From the NCBI GenBank assembly GCA_018897555.1, contig JAHIKK010000112.1, forward strand, positions 12,275 through 76,274: a DNA stretch of 64,000 bases, written 5' to 3'. The notes below the pieces were generated by a model, which was not told the origin of the DNA, searched no databases, and saw only the letters and a list, made by a program, of their open reading frames with translations. Every line of letters begins with the position of its first letter. Positions within the stretch are counted from its first letter, which is position 1. The position numbers were made by a program, and so were the translations under genes. Of this stretch, positions 1 through 8,873 are shown piece by piece. Source of the DNA: Candidatus Omnitrophota bacterium. Its GTDB lineage: Bacteria; Omnitrophota; Gorgyraeia; Gygaellales; Profunditerraquicolaceae.

Positions 1-394
1 AATAAATTTAATAAAAATCCTGAGAATATCAGCATCAGAATTAGCTATTTCAATATGTTGATTTCCGACAATAGACGATTTATTCCCTTCTCCCGCGTAA
101 AGCATCAATCCGGCCACCCAAAGGTCTCTTAGGGAAAAAGGTATTATCTCTTCTCTACACACACGAAATAATTCATCCTGCCGAAGAGCAATATTGTTTA
201 AACGGGTCTTTCGGGCCTTCTCCCGGCCCATCAGACACTGATTATTAATATTAACCAATACTTCTTTAGGCAACACTATGTCTCTTACCCAATTACTTAC
301 AGAACCTTTAGATACATTCAATGAAACAGCAATCTGTTTCATTGAATGCCCCAACATTCGAAATTTCCTTGCCTTATCCTTTTCCGCTAATTTC
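1..394 (-). CDS. Partial ORF running off the window start: N-terminal helix-turn-helix protein with a LAGLIDADG-like motif (WVAGLMLYAGEGNK); possible homing-endonuclease-like protein
   Basis: Reverse-strand translation from GTG near 392: VKLAEKDKARKFRMLGHSMKQIAVSLNVSKGSVSNWVRDI... (HTH-like), then ...IPFSLRDLWVAGLMLYAGEGNKSSIVGNQHIEIANSDADILRIFIKFI, open to position 1. Not in the ORF track because it is truncated. Confidence 0.35.
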
Positions 395-443
395 ACAACA
401 TTAGTATATCAGAAATTTAGAGTGTGCGCAATAATAGAAAGGA

Positions 444-1019
444 TTAGGTTGCGGTTTTTTTAGCAAGCATATCGAATTCTACGTTTAATTTATCCGAGGG
501 ACCCTTAAAACTTAAAGTGGTATTCTTAAGAGTATGTGGAATGATATTAACACTGATAACACCGGCACGCTGGTTAGCTAAAGTTAAACTTACCCCATCC
601 AAAGAGATAGACCCTTTAGCAAGACAATACTTCATAAATAAAACTGGAATAGCCACGGCGAGTTCCAAATTTCCATTACGTAAAACTTTCCTGCGTATCA
701 GGCCCAGGCAATCAATATGGCCGGAAACAAAATGCCCGGAAATCCTGTCTCCTACCTTAAGGCTGCGCTCCAGATTAACCATCTGTCCAATTCTGAATAA
801 CCCCAGATTAGTATTTTTAAGCGTCTGCTGCATAACTTCAAAACTAAAATAAGCATCTCCGATGGCTACGGCCGTAAGACAGACGCCGTTTAAGGCAATG
901 CTATCTCCAATTTTAGTATCGATCAATGTCTGCTTAGCGCTAATCTCTAACCGGGTTATACCTGAGCGCTGCGTTATTTTTTTTACCTTACCTAACTCTT
1001 CCACAATTCCCGTAAACAT
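444..1019 (-). CDS. ribE: Riboflavin synthase (alpha subunit)
   Basis: MFTGIVEELGKV... N-terminus and lumazine-binding repeat typical of riboflavin synthase; sits in the rib operon. Confidence 0.85.
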   Translation of the reverse strand: MFTGIVEELGKVKKITQRSGITRLEISAKQTLIDTKIGDSIALNGVCLTAVAIGDAYFSFEVMQQTLKNTNLGLFRIGQMVNLERSLKVGDRISGHFVSGHIDCLGLIRRKVLRNGNLELAVAIPVLFMKYCLAKGSISLDGVSLTLANQRAGVISVNIIPHTLKNTTLSFKGPSDKLNVEFDMLAKKTAT

Positions 1020-2114
1020 CTACTTTACCCTCGCCTGGACCAACAGGTCTTCGCCAAAACGCCGGATCTTTAAATCCTGCAATTTAACCGCCTGATCTAC
1101 GCGCTTGACCCCGTTACCCATTACCGAGGAAACAGCGTCTTTACCTCCGATAATCTTGGGGCTGATAAAAAATAAAACTTTATCTACCAGCTTTTCGTCG
1201 AATAACGAACCGATAAGGGTCCCGCCGCCTTCCACAATAATATTGCTTATTTGTAATTGGGCCAACTTCTTTAAGGCATCACGTAAATTAATCTGGCCGG
1301 CTTTTTCCTTGACCTCAAGAATCCTGGCTTTGGCGGCCAACTTTTTGCGATTCTCCGTTTCCTGTCCGGGCCGGCTGGGTAAAGTAATAATAATCACCTG
1401 GCTATCTCCGGCAAAGATATTGGAATTTTCCGATATACTCAAATTACTATCAACAATGACCTTAATTAACTTTTTTTCAGAAAACCAGGCATTCAGGCTG
1501 GGATTATCACGTAACACGGTATTTACCCCCACCATAATCGCATCATAATCTTTACGTATTCTATGGGCAAAGGCCCGTGACTTATCCGAGGTAATCCACT
1601 TGGAATCACCGGTGCGGGTAGCAATCCGTCCATCCAGAGATTCAGCAACTTTTACCGTAATTAAAGGAATTCTGGTAGTGATATATTTAATAAAGCTTTC
1701 GTTAATTTCTTTTAATCGCTCTTCCAGAACCCCCACCTTGACTTTAATATTACCCTGCTTAAGCAACGTAACGCCTTTACCGTTATTTAAAGGATTAGGA
1801 TCAATCATCCCTACCACTACCTCTTTAATACCGCTTCCGATAATACGATTAATACAAGGTGGAGTGCGCCCCGTATGCGCGCAGGGCTCAAGCGTAACAT
1901 ACAAAGTTGCACCGGCGGCCTTTTTGCCCGCTGCATCCAAAGCAACAATCTCCGCATGCGCAAACCCGGCTTTAGCATGAAAACCGCGGCCGATAATTTT
2001 ACCCGCTTTTACCACTAATGCGCCCACTAAAGGGTTAGGAGAAGTTTTCCCTTTAGCCTTAAGCGCTAATTTTAAAGCCAACCCCATGTAATATTCATCA
2101 AGCGGTTTAATCAT
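1020..2114 (-). CDS. ribD: Bifunctional diaminohydroxyphosphoribosylaminopyrimidine deaminase / 5-amino-6-(5-phosphoribosylamino)uracil reductase
   Basis: Cytidine/dCMP deaminase zinc motif (HAEIVAL...PCAHTGRTPPC) followed by RibD C-terminal reductase domain. Confidence 0.9.
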   Translation of the reverse strand: MIKPLDEYYMGLALKLALKAKGKTSPNPLVGALVVKAGKIIGRGFHAKAGFAHAEIVALDAAGKKAAGATLYVTLEPCAHTGRTPPCINRIIGSGIKEVVVGMIDPNPLNNGKGVTLLKQGNIKVKVGVLEERLKEINESFIKYITTRIPLITVKVAESLDGRIATRTGDSKWITSDKSRAFAHRIRKDYDAIMVGVNTVLRDNPSLNAWFSEKKLIKVIVDSNLSISENSNIFAGDSQVIIITLPSRPGQETENRKKLAAKARILEVKEKAGQINLRDALKKLAQLQISNIIVEGGGTLIGSLFDEKLVDKVLFFISPKIIGGKDAVSSVMGNGVKRVDQAVKLQDLKIRRFGEDLLVQARVK

Positions 2115-2926
2115 TTTTTAGCGAGCCTTAGTTTTTCTACTAACTCCAGCGGTATTTTAATCATACCTAATTTTATCTGGGGTTTTACGCTGCCGTGAAA
2201 ATCCGTTCCTCCGGTAATCAAAAGATTAAGCTTTTTAGCTAAATCTAAATAGAAATTAACCATCGCTTGGGAATGCTCGGGATAATACACCTCTATCCCC
2301 TCTAACCCATAACCTGCGAATTCCGCGATCAATGCGTCATTATAGAGCATATACGGATGCGCTAAAACCGCTACACCGCCGGCAGCCTGAATTAATTTTA
2401 TTGCCTCCGGCACAGAAAGGCGAAACCCCAAAACATAGGCCGGAGATTTGTCCCCAATATACCTGCGAAACGCTTCCGCGGTAGAGCCGACTAAACCCTC
2501 TTTCACCAGGGCCCTGGCAATATGCATCCGGCCCACCGTGGCCTTCCCGGAAATACTAAAAACAGCCTCCGGGTTAAGCTTCACCCCTAATCCCTCTAAA
2601 TTCTCTACTATTTTATAAACCCGTTGAATACGGTTAAGTTGTACTAATTTTAATTTTTCAAGCAACTCTTGATTCCGATAATCCAGAAAATACCCAAGTA
2701 GATGTATCTCCTGATACTCGTGCTGAGCAGTTAATTCAATGCCCGGGATTATCTCTAAATCCGTACCTTCTGCTTCGGCTAATGCTTCAGTAAGCGCTTC
2801 TGTCGTATCATGATCAACGATCGCCAGCGCAGAGATCTTCCGGGCAACACCCTCTCTGACCAATTGCGCGGGTGTATATGTGCCGTCGCTGCAAGCGGTA
2901 TGCACATGCAAGTCAGCATATTTCAT
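2111..2926 (-). CDS. PHP-domain metal-dependent phosphoesterase
   Basis: N-terminal DLHVHTACSDG motif of the PHP (polymerase/histidinol phosphatase) family; embedded in the rib operon between nusB and ribD. Confidence 0.6.
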   Translation of the reverse strand: MKYADLHVHTACSDGTYTPAQLVREGVARKISALAIVDHDTTEALTEALAEAEGTDLEIIPGIELTAQHEYQEIHLLGYFLDYRNQELLEKLKLVQLNRIQRVYKIVENLEGLGVKLNPEAVFSISGKATVGRMHIARALVKEGLVGSTAEAFRRYIGDKSPAYVLGFRLSVPEAIKLIQAAGGVAVLAHPYMLYNDALIAEFAGYGLEGIEVYYPEHSQAMVNFYLDLAKKLNLLITGGTDFHGSVKPQIKLGMIKIPLELVEKLRLAKK

Positions 2927-3339
2927 TTTTCTTTCTCAATTTTTACCTGATCCAGTATGGCGTTAACAAACTTACCCGACTCCAGGCCGGAATATTTCTT
3001 GGCTAACTCCACTGCTTCATTAATCGCTACTTTAGGCGGAATATCCGCACGAAACAAAAGTTCAAAACAGCCCAAGCGCATGATATTACGGTCTACAAAG
3101 GCCATACGCTCAAGCTGCCAATTCGCGGCATATTTGCTGATTTTTTTATCAATCTCCTCCAGATGCTCAATCACGCCCCCCAACAGTTGGGCGGAGAAAT
3201 CTTTAAGTTCACCGGATAAATCTTGCCGATCGTTACTGGCGCAAAAATTTTCTAGAATTTCCTGCCAATCACCGTGGGTAATATCAACCTGATAGAGCAT
3301 TTGCAATACATATTCACGCGCCTTAGTCCGTTTTCTCAT
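2923..3339 (-). CDS. nusB: Transcription antitermination factor NusB
   Basis: 138 aa, NusB-like sequence (YQVDI..., ...LAKKYS); conserved ribH-nusB adjacency. Confidence 0.85.
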   Translation of the reverse strand: MRKRTKAREYVLQMLYQVDITHGDWQEILENFCASNDRQDLSGELKDFSAQLLGGVIEHLEEIDKKISKYAANWQLERMAFVDRNIMRLGCFELLFRADIPPKVAINEAVELAKKYSGLESGKFVNAILDQVKIEKEK

Positions 3340-3346
3340 GAGATTA

Positions 3347-3814
3347 TTATTTTAATTGTCCTGACAAATTAACCATCTCAATAGCCGAAAGAGCAGCATC
3401 TTTGCCTTTATTGCCATCCTTAGAACCTGCGCGTTCTACTGCCTGTTCAATACTGTCAGCAGTAATTACGCCAAAAATAACCGGCAGGCCGCTATCCAAA
3501 GAAACCTTTGCTACCCCCTTAGCTACTTCCGCAGCAATATAATCAAAATGCGGAGTTGCTCCCCGGATAATCGTACCTAAACAAATCAAGGCATCAACGG
3601 ATTTAGCTTTAGCCATTTTCTGGGCAACCAAAGGAATCTCAAATGCCCCGGGAACCCAAACCACGGTAATATCTTTATCTTCTGCGCCGTGCCTGACCAA
3701 AGTATCAATACAACCGCTTACCAGCTCCTTAGTCATAAAATCATTAAACCTGGAAGCCACCAGGCCAAAGGTCTGTCCTTTTGCTAACAGTTTACCTTCA
3801 ATTACTTTCACCAT
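3347..3814 (-). CDS. ribH: 6,7-dimethyl-8-ribityllumazine synthase
   Basis: [24 protein letters not shown]... lumazine synthase signature; start moved to the internal MVKV Met. Confidence 0.9.
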   Translation of the reverse strand: MVKVIEGKLLAKGQTFGLVASRFNDFMTKELVSGCIDTLVRHGAEDKDITVVWVPGAFEIPLVAQKMAKAKSVDALICLGTIIRGATPHFDYIAAEVAKGVAKVSLDSGLPVIFGVITADSIEQAVERAGSKDGNKGKDAALSAIEMVNLSGQLK

Positions 3815-3873
3815 ATTTCCTCCTTGTTTACGAAACAACACCCGCGCAATTCCAATTAGCGCGGGGTGCCTGT

Positions 3874-5082
3874 TTAGAGATCCAGATGATGCCCTAGTTT
3901 CTCTTTTTTTGTTTTAAGGTATTTATAATTCTGAGCGTTAGGCTCAATCTCTAAGGGTACCCGCTGTGAAACTCCTAAGCCATAACCTTCCAGGCCGACA
4001 ATCTTGCGCGGATTATTCGTTAACAGCCTGATCTGCTTAATCCCTAAATCTACAAGAATCTGGGCGCCAATACCGTAATCGCGTAAATCCGCCTTATGCC
4101 CCAATGCTTCATTGGCCTCTACCGTATCCATTCCGTTATCCTGAAGGTTATACGCGCGCAGTTTCTCGACTAATCCGATGCCGCGGCCTTCTTGATGCAT
4201 ATAAAGGATCACGCCTTTTTTCTCCAGAGCAATCATCTGCATCGCCTTTTCTAATTGCCTTCCGCAGTCACAGCGCAATGAGCCAAAGACATCCCCGGTT
4301 AAACACTCTGAATGTACGCGGACCAATATTGATTCATCTAACCAGCTACCCATACACAAAGCAATGTGTGTCTGGCCATTGGTCTGATCGCGATAAACAA
4401 TTAACTTAAACTCACCAAATTTCGTGGGTAATTTGGTCTCTACAATTGCCTCCACCAGTTTCTCGCTCCTGCGGCGATATTCAATCAGGCTGGCAATCGT
4501 ACAAATCTTTAAAGTATGCTTCTTGGCAAACTCCCGAAGCTGCGGCAGGCGAGCCATAGTCCCGTCATCATTCATAATCTCGCAAATTACTCCGGCCGGA
4601 TAAAGCCCGGCCAGCCGCATTAAATCCAAGCTGGCTTCCGTATGCCCTGCCCTGACCAAGACTCCGCCGCGGCGCGAACGCAAAGGAAAAATGTGCCCGG
4701 GACGCACCAGGTCTTCCGGCTTGGTTTGCGCATTAATTAAAACTTCAATGGTTTTAGCCCGGTCGCCAGCAGAAATACCCGTACTCACCCCTAAAGCGGC
4801 ATCCACAGAAATCATCCAAGCGGTCTTAAAAGGATCCTCATTACCGGCTTGCAAAGTATTCTTAAGCATAGGATCAAGCTCCAATAAACGCAGCCGCTCC
4901 TCCTCCATGGGAACACAAATCAGTCCCCGCCCAAATTTAGCCATAAAATTAATGTCTGCGGATTTAACGCTGGAAGCGGCCATCACTAAATCCCCCTCGT
5001 TCTCCCGGTCTTCATCGTCAACGACAATGACCATTAATCCGGCTTTTAAATCTTCTAAAATTTCTGTGATGGAATTAAACAT
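3874..5082 (-). CDS. ribBA: Bifunctional 3,4-dihydroxy-2-butanone-4-phosphate synthase / GTP cyclohydrolase II
   Basis: [20 protein letters not shown] (DHBP synthase) plus C-terminal GTP cyclohydrolase II (HSECLTGD...CDCG). Start set at the MFNSITEIL Met, because the longer track ORF would run into the riboswitch terminator; RBS ggag lies upstream of it. Confidence 0.9.
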   Translation of the reverse strand: MFNSITEILEDLKAGLMVIVVDDEDRENEGDLVMAASSVKSADINFMAKFGRGLICVPMEEERLRLLELDPMLKNTLQAGNEDPFKTAWMISVDAALGVSTGISAGDRAKTIEVLINAQTKPEDLVRPGHIFPLRSRRGGVLVRAGHTEASLDLMRLAGLYPAGVICEIMNDDGTMARLPQLREFAKKHTLKICTIASLIEYRRRSEKLVEAIVETKLPTKFGEFKLIVYRDQTNGQTHIALCMGSWLDESILVRVHSECLTGDVFGSLRCDCGRQLEKAMQMIALEKKGVILYMHQEGRGIGLVEKLRAYNLQDNGMDTVEANEALGHKADLRDYGIGAQILVDLGIKQIRLLTNNPRKIVGLEGYGLGVSQRVPLEIEPNAQNYKYLKTKKEKLGHHLDL

Positions 5083-5089
5083 AAGTCTC

Positions 5090-5123
5090 CATAAAAAAAA
5101 TAAACCCGAAAACAATCTTCGGG
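5090..5123 (-). terminator. Rho-independent terminator/attenuator (FMN riboswitch expression platform)
   Basis: Minus-strand cccgaagattgttttcggg hairpin followed by tttatttttttt, directly upstream of the ribBA RBS. Confidence 0.8.
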
Positions 5124-5138
5124 CGTATTAATGTCAAT

Positions 5139-5272
5139 CTTTTCTCATCTGGACTTTCGCCGTAAAAAAAACGGCACCATCGGCCCTGGAATCTCACCAG
5201 ATCTGTCCGCCACAAAATCCATGGCTGACTCGCGGGCTAAACCGCCGGTAAGGAATTGCACCTTGCCCTAAA
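5139..5272 (-). promoter_or_regulatory. FMN riboswitch (RFN element) controlling the rib operon
   Basis: Minus-strand sequence GGGCAAGGTGCAATTCCTTACCGGCGGTTTAGCCCGCGAG ... GGTGAGATTCCAGGGCCGATGGTGCC ... GAAAGTCCAGATGAGAAAAG matches the conserved FMN aptamer core (GGGCAGGGTGAAATTCCCGACCGGCGGTA..AGCCCGCGAGC ... GGTGGATTCAG..GCCGACAGT.AAAGTCTGGATGGGAGAAG). Confidence 0.9.
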
Positions 5273-5342
5273 GATTAATTGTTATTATCTTAACAGAAAA
5301 ACGGGGCTTGTCAATACAATTAAAAACAACTATAATACATCT

Positions 5343-5813
5343 ATGCCCAATAAAATTCTAAAACAAATCCATAAAAAATTACTCCGCAAAGAAAAAACCG
5401 TTGCGGTTGCCGAATCCTGCAGCGGTGGGGAACTTTCCAGCCTCTTGACCAGTTTACCGGGATCTTCCGGTTATTTTCTTTTAGGCGTAGTTACTTATAG
5501 CAACAAATCTAAGGAAATGATCCTAAATATCCCGGCTAAAATAATTGCCAGATACGGCGCAGTTTCCCGCCAAGTGGCAATATTAATGGCCCGGAACATC
5601 CGTAAAAAAACACTTGCCGACTTTGGCCTGAGTATTACCGGAATTGCCGGCCCCACCGGAGCAACTACAACCAAACCCATCGGCATGGTATTTATAGCTT
5701 TAGCCAAAAAAAATAAAACCCTCTGCCGGTTATTTTTACTATCCGGAAAGAGGGAAGCTGTCCGTAAACAATCTGTTGGCGAAGCCCTGCGCTTATTATA
5801 CGCGCAGATATAA
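5343..5813 (+). CDS. CinA C-terminal domain protein (nicotinamide-nucleotide amidohydrolase PncC family)
   Basis: TVAVAESCSGGELSSLLTSLPGSS...ITGIAGPTG motifs of the CinA/PncC family; start trimmed to MPNKILK so it does not overlap the riboswitch. Confidence 0.7.
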   Translation: MPNKILKQIHKKLLRKEKTVAVAESCSGGELSSLLTSLPGSSGYFLLGVVTYSNKSKEMILNIPAKIIARYGAVSRQVAILMARNIRKKTLADFGLSITGIAGPTGATTTKPIGMVFIALAKKNKTLCRLFLLSGKREAVRKQSVGEALRLLYAQI

Positions 5814-6269
5814 CTTTAAAACCAGCAAAAGCACAATATTAGTATAAATACCGGCGATCAAGTCATCTCCCATTACCCCGATTGCGCCATGCCTATTCTG
5901 CAGCCTGGCTGCCGGATACGGCTTAAGTGTATCCAGAATACGAAAGATGAGAAAGGCCAGACAAATTATCTTAAAATCATTAGGCATAAAACTAAGCGCA
6001 ATGAGCATGCCTGCCACTTCATCAATTACAATACAGCCCGGATCTTTTTTATTTAACAATTTCTCCGTCCGGCCGCTAGTCACCAGGCCCAAGGCGATGA
6101 TACCGGCAATAAATAAAAAATAGGTTGCCCCGGGAGTGCCCTTAAGTAAATAATATACTCCTACTCCGGCGATACTGCCGAAAGTTCCGGGGACAAGGGG
6201 TAAATAACCGATAAAAAAAACAGTGCTAGAAGCTTTAACTAAAAAATCCCCCGCTCTTTCAAATTTCAT
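5796..6269 (-). CDS. pgpA: Phosphatidylglycerophosphatase A
   Basis: PLVPGTFGSIAGVGVYYLL and membrane profile typical of PgpA. Confidence 0.75.
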   Translation of the reverse strand: MKFERAGDFLVKASSTVFFIGYLPLVPGTFGSIAGVGVYYLLKGTPGATYFLFIAGIIALGLVTSGRTEKLLNKKDPGCIVIDEVAGMLIALSFMPNDFKIICLAFLIFRILDTLKPYPAARLQNRHGAIGVMGDDLIAGIYTNIVLLLVLKLYLRV

Positions 6270-6853
6270 AGGCGGGTAATTATTTTACGGTTGCTCCAAA
6301 GATAGGATAACCCGGAATAAAGAGTTAACCCTACGGTCACCAGCATCAGGAAAAATATTCCCTGGCGGAAGACCTTTTCCCAGGCAGGATTCCAATTATA
6401 ATATTTAAGCATAATTTCTTTAAACACAATAGAACATAAAATAACAAGAATAACTAACATCTGTAAAAATGTCTTGTGTTTACCAGCGCGCGCAGCAGAT
6501 AATACTTTACCTTTATTCAAAGCAAATAGGCGTAAAGAAGTAATTAATATTTCTCTAGAGACGATAATTATAAACATCCAAGCATCAATTAACTGCAATT
6601 GCACGAATGCCGTAAAAGCCGCCAGTACCAGAATTTTATCTGCGATAGGATCCATCAATCTACCAAAATCGGTAACCATGTTATCTCTTTTGGCTATAAA
6701 ACCATCAAGAAAATCAGAAACGGCAGCAAAAATAAATATAATAAGCGCTATTAGTTTTATCCACCAAATTTTATCGAGTCCTGGAAGAAAAAGAAAAGCA
6801 AAGACAAAAGCAAGAATGATTCGAAACATGGTTATTTTATTAGCAAGATTCAT
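6266..6853 (-). CDS. pgsA: CDP-diacylglycerol--glycerol-3-phosphate 3-phosphatidyltransferase
   Basis: NKITMFRI N-terminus and the D-G-x2-A-R (DFLDGFIAKR) CDP-alcohol phosphatidyltransferase motif. Confidence 0.8.
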   Translation of the reverse strand: MNLANKITMFRIILAFVFAFLFLPGLDKIWWIKLIALIIFIFAAVSDFLDGFIAKRDNMVTDFGRLMDPIADKILVLAAFTAFVQLQLIDAWMFIIIVSREILITSLRLFALNKGKVLSAARAGKHKTFLQMLVILVILCSIVFKEIMLKYYNWNPAWEKVFRQGIFFLMLVTVGLTLYSGLSYLWSNRKIITRL

Positions 6854-8094
6854 ATTTTTTCCCCCACTAAGTCATATTCTAAAGTATCTGTAATTTTTAC
6901 TTGGATAAATTTACCTATTTCCAGCGGCCCAGTTGTATTTATATACACCACTCCGTCTACCTCCGGGGCATCACCCTGACTGCGCCCGATATATGCACCA
7001 TCCTGCTTTTCCTCAACCAGCACAGTAATATTCTTTCCCAGGAATTTCGCATTTATACCGGCGGCTATCTCCCGCTGCGCGGACATAATTTTATCAAATC
7101 TTTCCTGTTTTAGCTGTAGAGAGATTTGCCCCTTAAAATTATAGGCAGGCGTGCCTTCTTCCCGGGAATAAATAAAAGCTCCCAGCCTGTCGAATTTGGC
7201 CTCTTTAACAAATTCCAGCAACTCACTAAATTCTTTTTCCGTCTCTGAGGGAAAACCTACGATTAAGGAGGTACGTAAATAAACCCCGGGAATAGTTTTC
7301 CTGATTTTTTTGATTAAAGCCATAATCTCTTCCTTAGCCATCGGCCGATGCATAGCTTTTAGAATACGGTTATTAATATGCTGAATCGGCAAGTCAATAT
7401 ATTTACATATCCGCTCTGAAGAAGCAATCAGCTTCAGCAGCTGGCTGGTAATCCGTTCCGGATGCAAATATAAAAGACGGATCCATCCGATATCCGGCGC
7501 ATTACTAATTATTTTCTGTAAAAGCCCGGTTAGCTGGCTTTTACCGGTAGTATCCATACCAAAACCGGTAATATCCTGGCCGATAATATTTAACTCTGAA
7601 ATCTTCTGGCGATTAAAACGCTCTACATTTCGGATTATGGCGGGCTCATCCAGGCTCTCCAGGCTGCCTTTAATCTTAGGGATTACGCAGTAACTACACT
7701 GGTTTACACAGCCTTCGCATATTTTCAGGTAAGCGTAATGTTTAGGGGTTAAAGCAAACCTTTTTGATTCGTGGTTTAATCCCAGTGTCCCCACGAAAGC
7801 ATCTACTTCCGGTAAATCCTTGGCTAAATTTTTATAACGCTGCGCCAGGCAGCCGTAAACAATTATTTTTTTAAGTTTCCCCTGTTTCTTTAGCTGGACT
7901 AAATCCAAAATTACATCGATGGATTCACGCTTTGCCTCTTGGATAAAAGCACAGGTATTCACTAAAACTACTTCTGCCTGAGTAATGTCATCAACAATAG
8001 AATAATCTTTAAACTTAAGCCGCCCGGCAAGAGCTTCGGCATCCACCAGGTTTCGGGGACACCCTAAGGTGATTATCCCTATTTTTTCTTTCAT
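6850..8094 (-). CDS. rimO: Ribosomal protein S12 methylthiotransferase (radical SAM MTTase, RimO-like)
   Basis: KIGIITLGCPRNLVDAE N-terminal MTTase domain, radical-SAM CEGCVNQCSYC motif, C-terminal TRAM domain; ~414 aa like RimO. Confidence 0.7.
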   Translation of the reverse strand: MKEKIGIITLGCPRNLVDAEALAGRLKFKDYSIVDDITQAEVVLVNTCAFIQEAKRESIDVILDLVQLKKQGKLKKIIVYGCLAQRYKNLAKDLPEVDAFVGTLGLNHESKRFALTPKHYAYLKICEGCVNQCSYCVIPKIKGSLESLDEPAIIRNVERFNRQKISELNIIGQDITGFGMDTTGKSQLTGLLQKIISNAPDIGWIRLLYLHPERITSQLLKLIASSERICKYIDLPIQHINNRILKAMHRPMAKEEIMALIKKIRKTIPGVYLRTSLIVGFPSETEKEFSELLEFVKEAKFDRLGAFIYSREEGTPAYNFKGQISLQLKQERFDKIMSAQREIAAGINAKFLGKNITVLVEEKQDGAYIGRSQGDAPEVDGVVYINTTGPLEIGKFIQVKITDTLEYDLVGEKI

Positions 8095-8873
8095 CTGGAG
8101 ATTTTTAAACCTTCTTTATTAATAACGATATTCTTTAAAGACTGTCCGTGCCGTCCAAGATTAGCAAAACGCTGGTCATTAACCTGCAGTTCTACTGCTC
8201 CGGCATCCCCCAGAGACAATTCCACTTTTTCGCGAGCCTTCCAGGTTTCAGACCGGCCGCGGCCAAGCACGCCATGAAAAACAACCTTCCCGTCAACTTT
8301 AACTGAAATCCAAGATTTACCACGCGCAAATATACCCAAAGCAAACTCCGGAGTCAGCTCTTTATTAACTTTAGTTGACGTAACCACAGCTTTAGGCACA
8401 GAAACAGGCATGGAAATTTTAGTCTTTTCTAACCGGCTCTTTGGCCGGGAAAAAACAAACTTAATTAAATTAACCCCTAAAAATATAAAAATTATCGCGA
8501 TAACCGCGAATATAATTATTTTCTTTAAGTTATCCGAGGGCTTGATCGCGCTCAGCTTGGCAGTAGCATCTTTAATAAAAGAAAATTTATTTTCAACCCG
8601 CGTTCCTATGGGCTTACCCACGATGGCATTTAAAGCCGGTTTCTGTGGCTGCGCGCTAGGGCCGATAAAATTTTTAGCATCCAGGCCCAGATAACCGCAA
8701 TAAATCTTAATAAAACCTTTAAGATAAATTGGGCTTAAATTCGAAATACTATCACCTTCAATTGCCCGCAAGACGTTAGGGTGAATTTTGGTCTTTTTAT
8801 GGATATCCTCTAAACTTAACCCCTTCTCCTGGCGAATCTTTTTTAGCCGGGGACCGGCTGTTTCAATATTCAC
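8091..8873 (-). CDS. rodZ: RodZ-like cytoskeleton protein (XRE-type HTH + TM + C-terminal DUF4115-like domain)
   Basis: LKKIRQEKGLSLEDIHKKTKIHPNVLRAIE HTH, central TM segment, C-terminal beta-rich domain. Confidence 0.5.
   Translation of the reverse strand: MNIETAGPRLKKIRQEKGLSLEDIHKKTKIHPNVLRAIEGDSISNLSPIYLKGFIKIYCGYLGLDAKNFIGPSAQPQKPALNAIVGKPIGTRVENKFSFIKDATAKLSAIKPSDNLKKIIIFAVIAIIFIFLGVNLIKFVFSRPKSRLEKTKISMPVSVPKAVVTSTKVNKELTPEFALGIFARGKSWISVKVDGKVVFHGVLGRGRSETWKAREKVELSLGDAGAVELQVNDQRFANLGRHGQSLKNIVINKEGLKISR

Noticed and set aside
278-463. 61-aa plus-strand ORF at the window start
   Set aside because: Antisense to the HTH/LAGLIDADG-like ORF and extends into the ribE 3' region. No RBS.
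517-852. Plus-strand ORFs antisense to ribE/ribD (517-852, 862-1095, 1105-1548, 1600-1980) and similar antisense ORFs throughout the track (e.g. 8410-8694, 9660-10124, 28289-28783, 50349-50882, 63304-63834)
   Set aside because: They are embedded opposite well-supported conserved genes, lack RBSs and have biased low-complexity composition. Judged spurious six-frame artefacts.
3874-5115. Long ribBA ORF starting at [12 protein letters not shown]
   Set aside because: The extension overlaps the riboswitch terminator hairpin. The conserved DHBP-synthase N-terminus and RBS support the internal Met at 5082.
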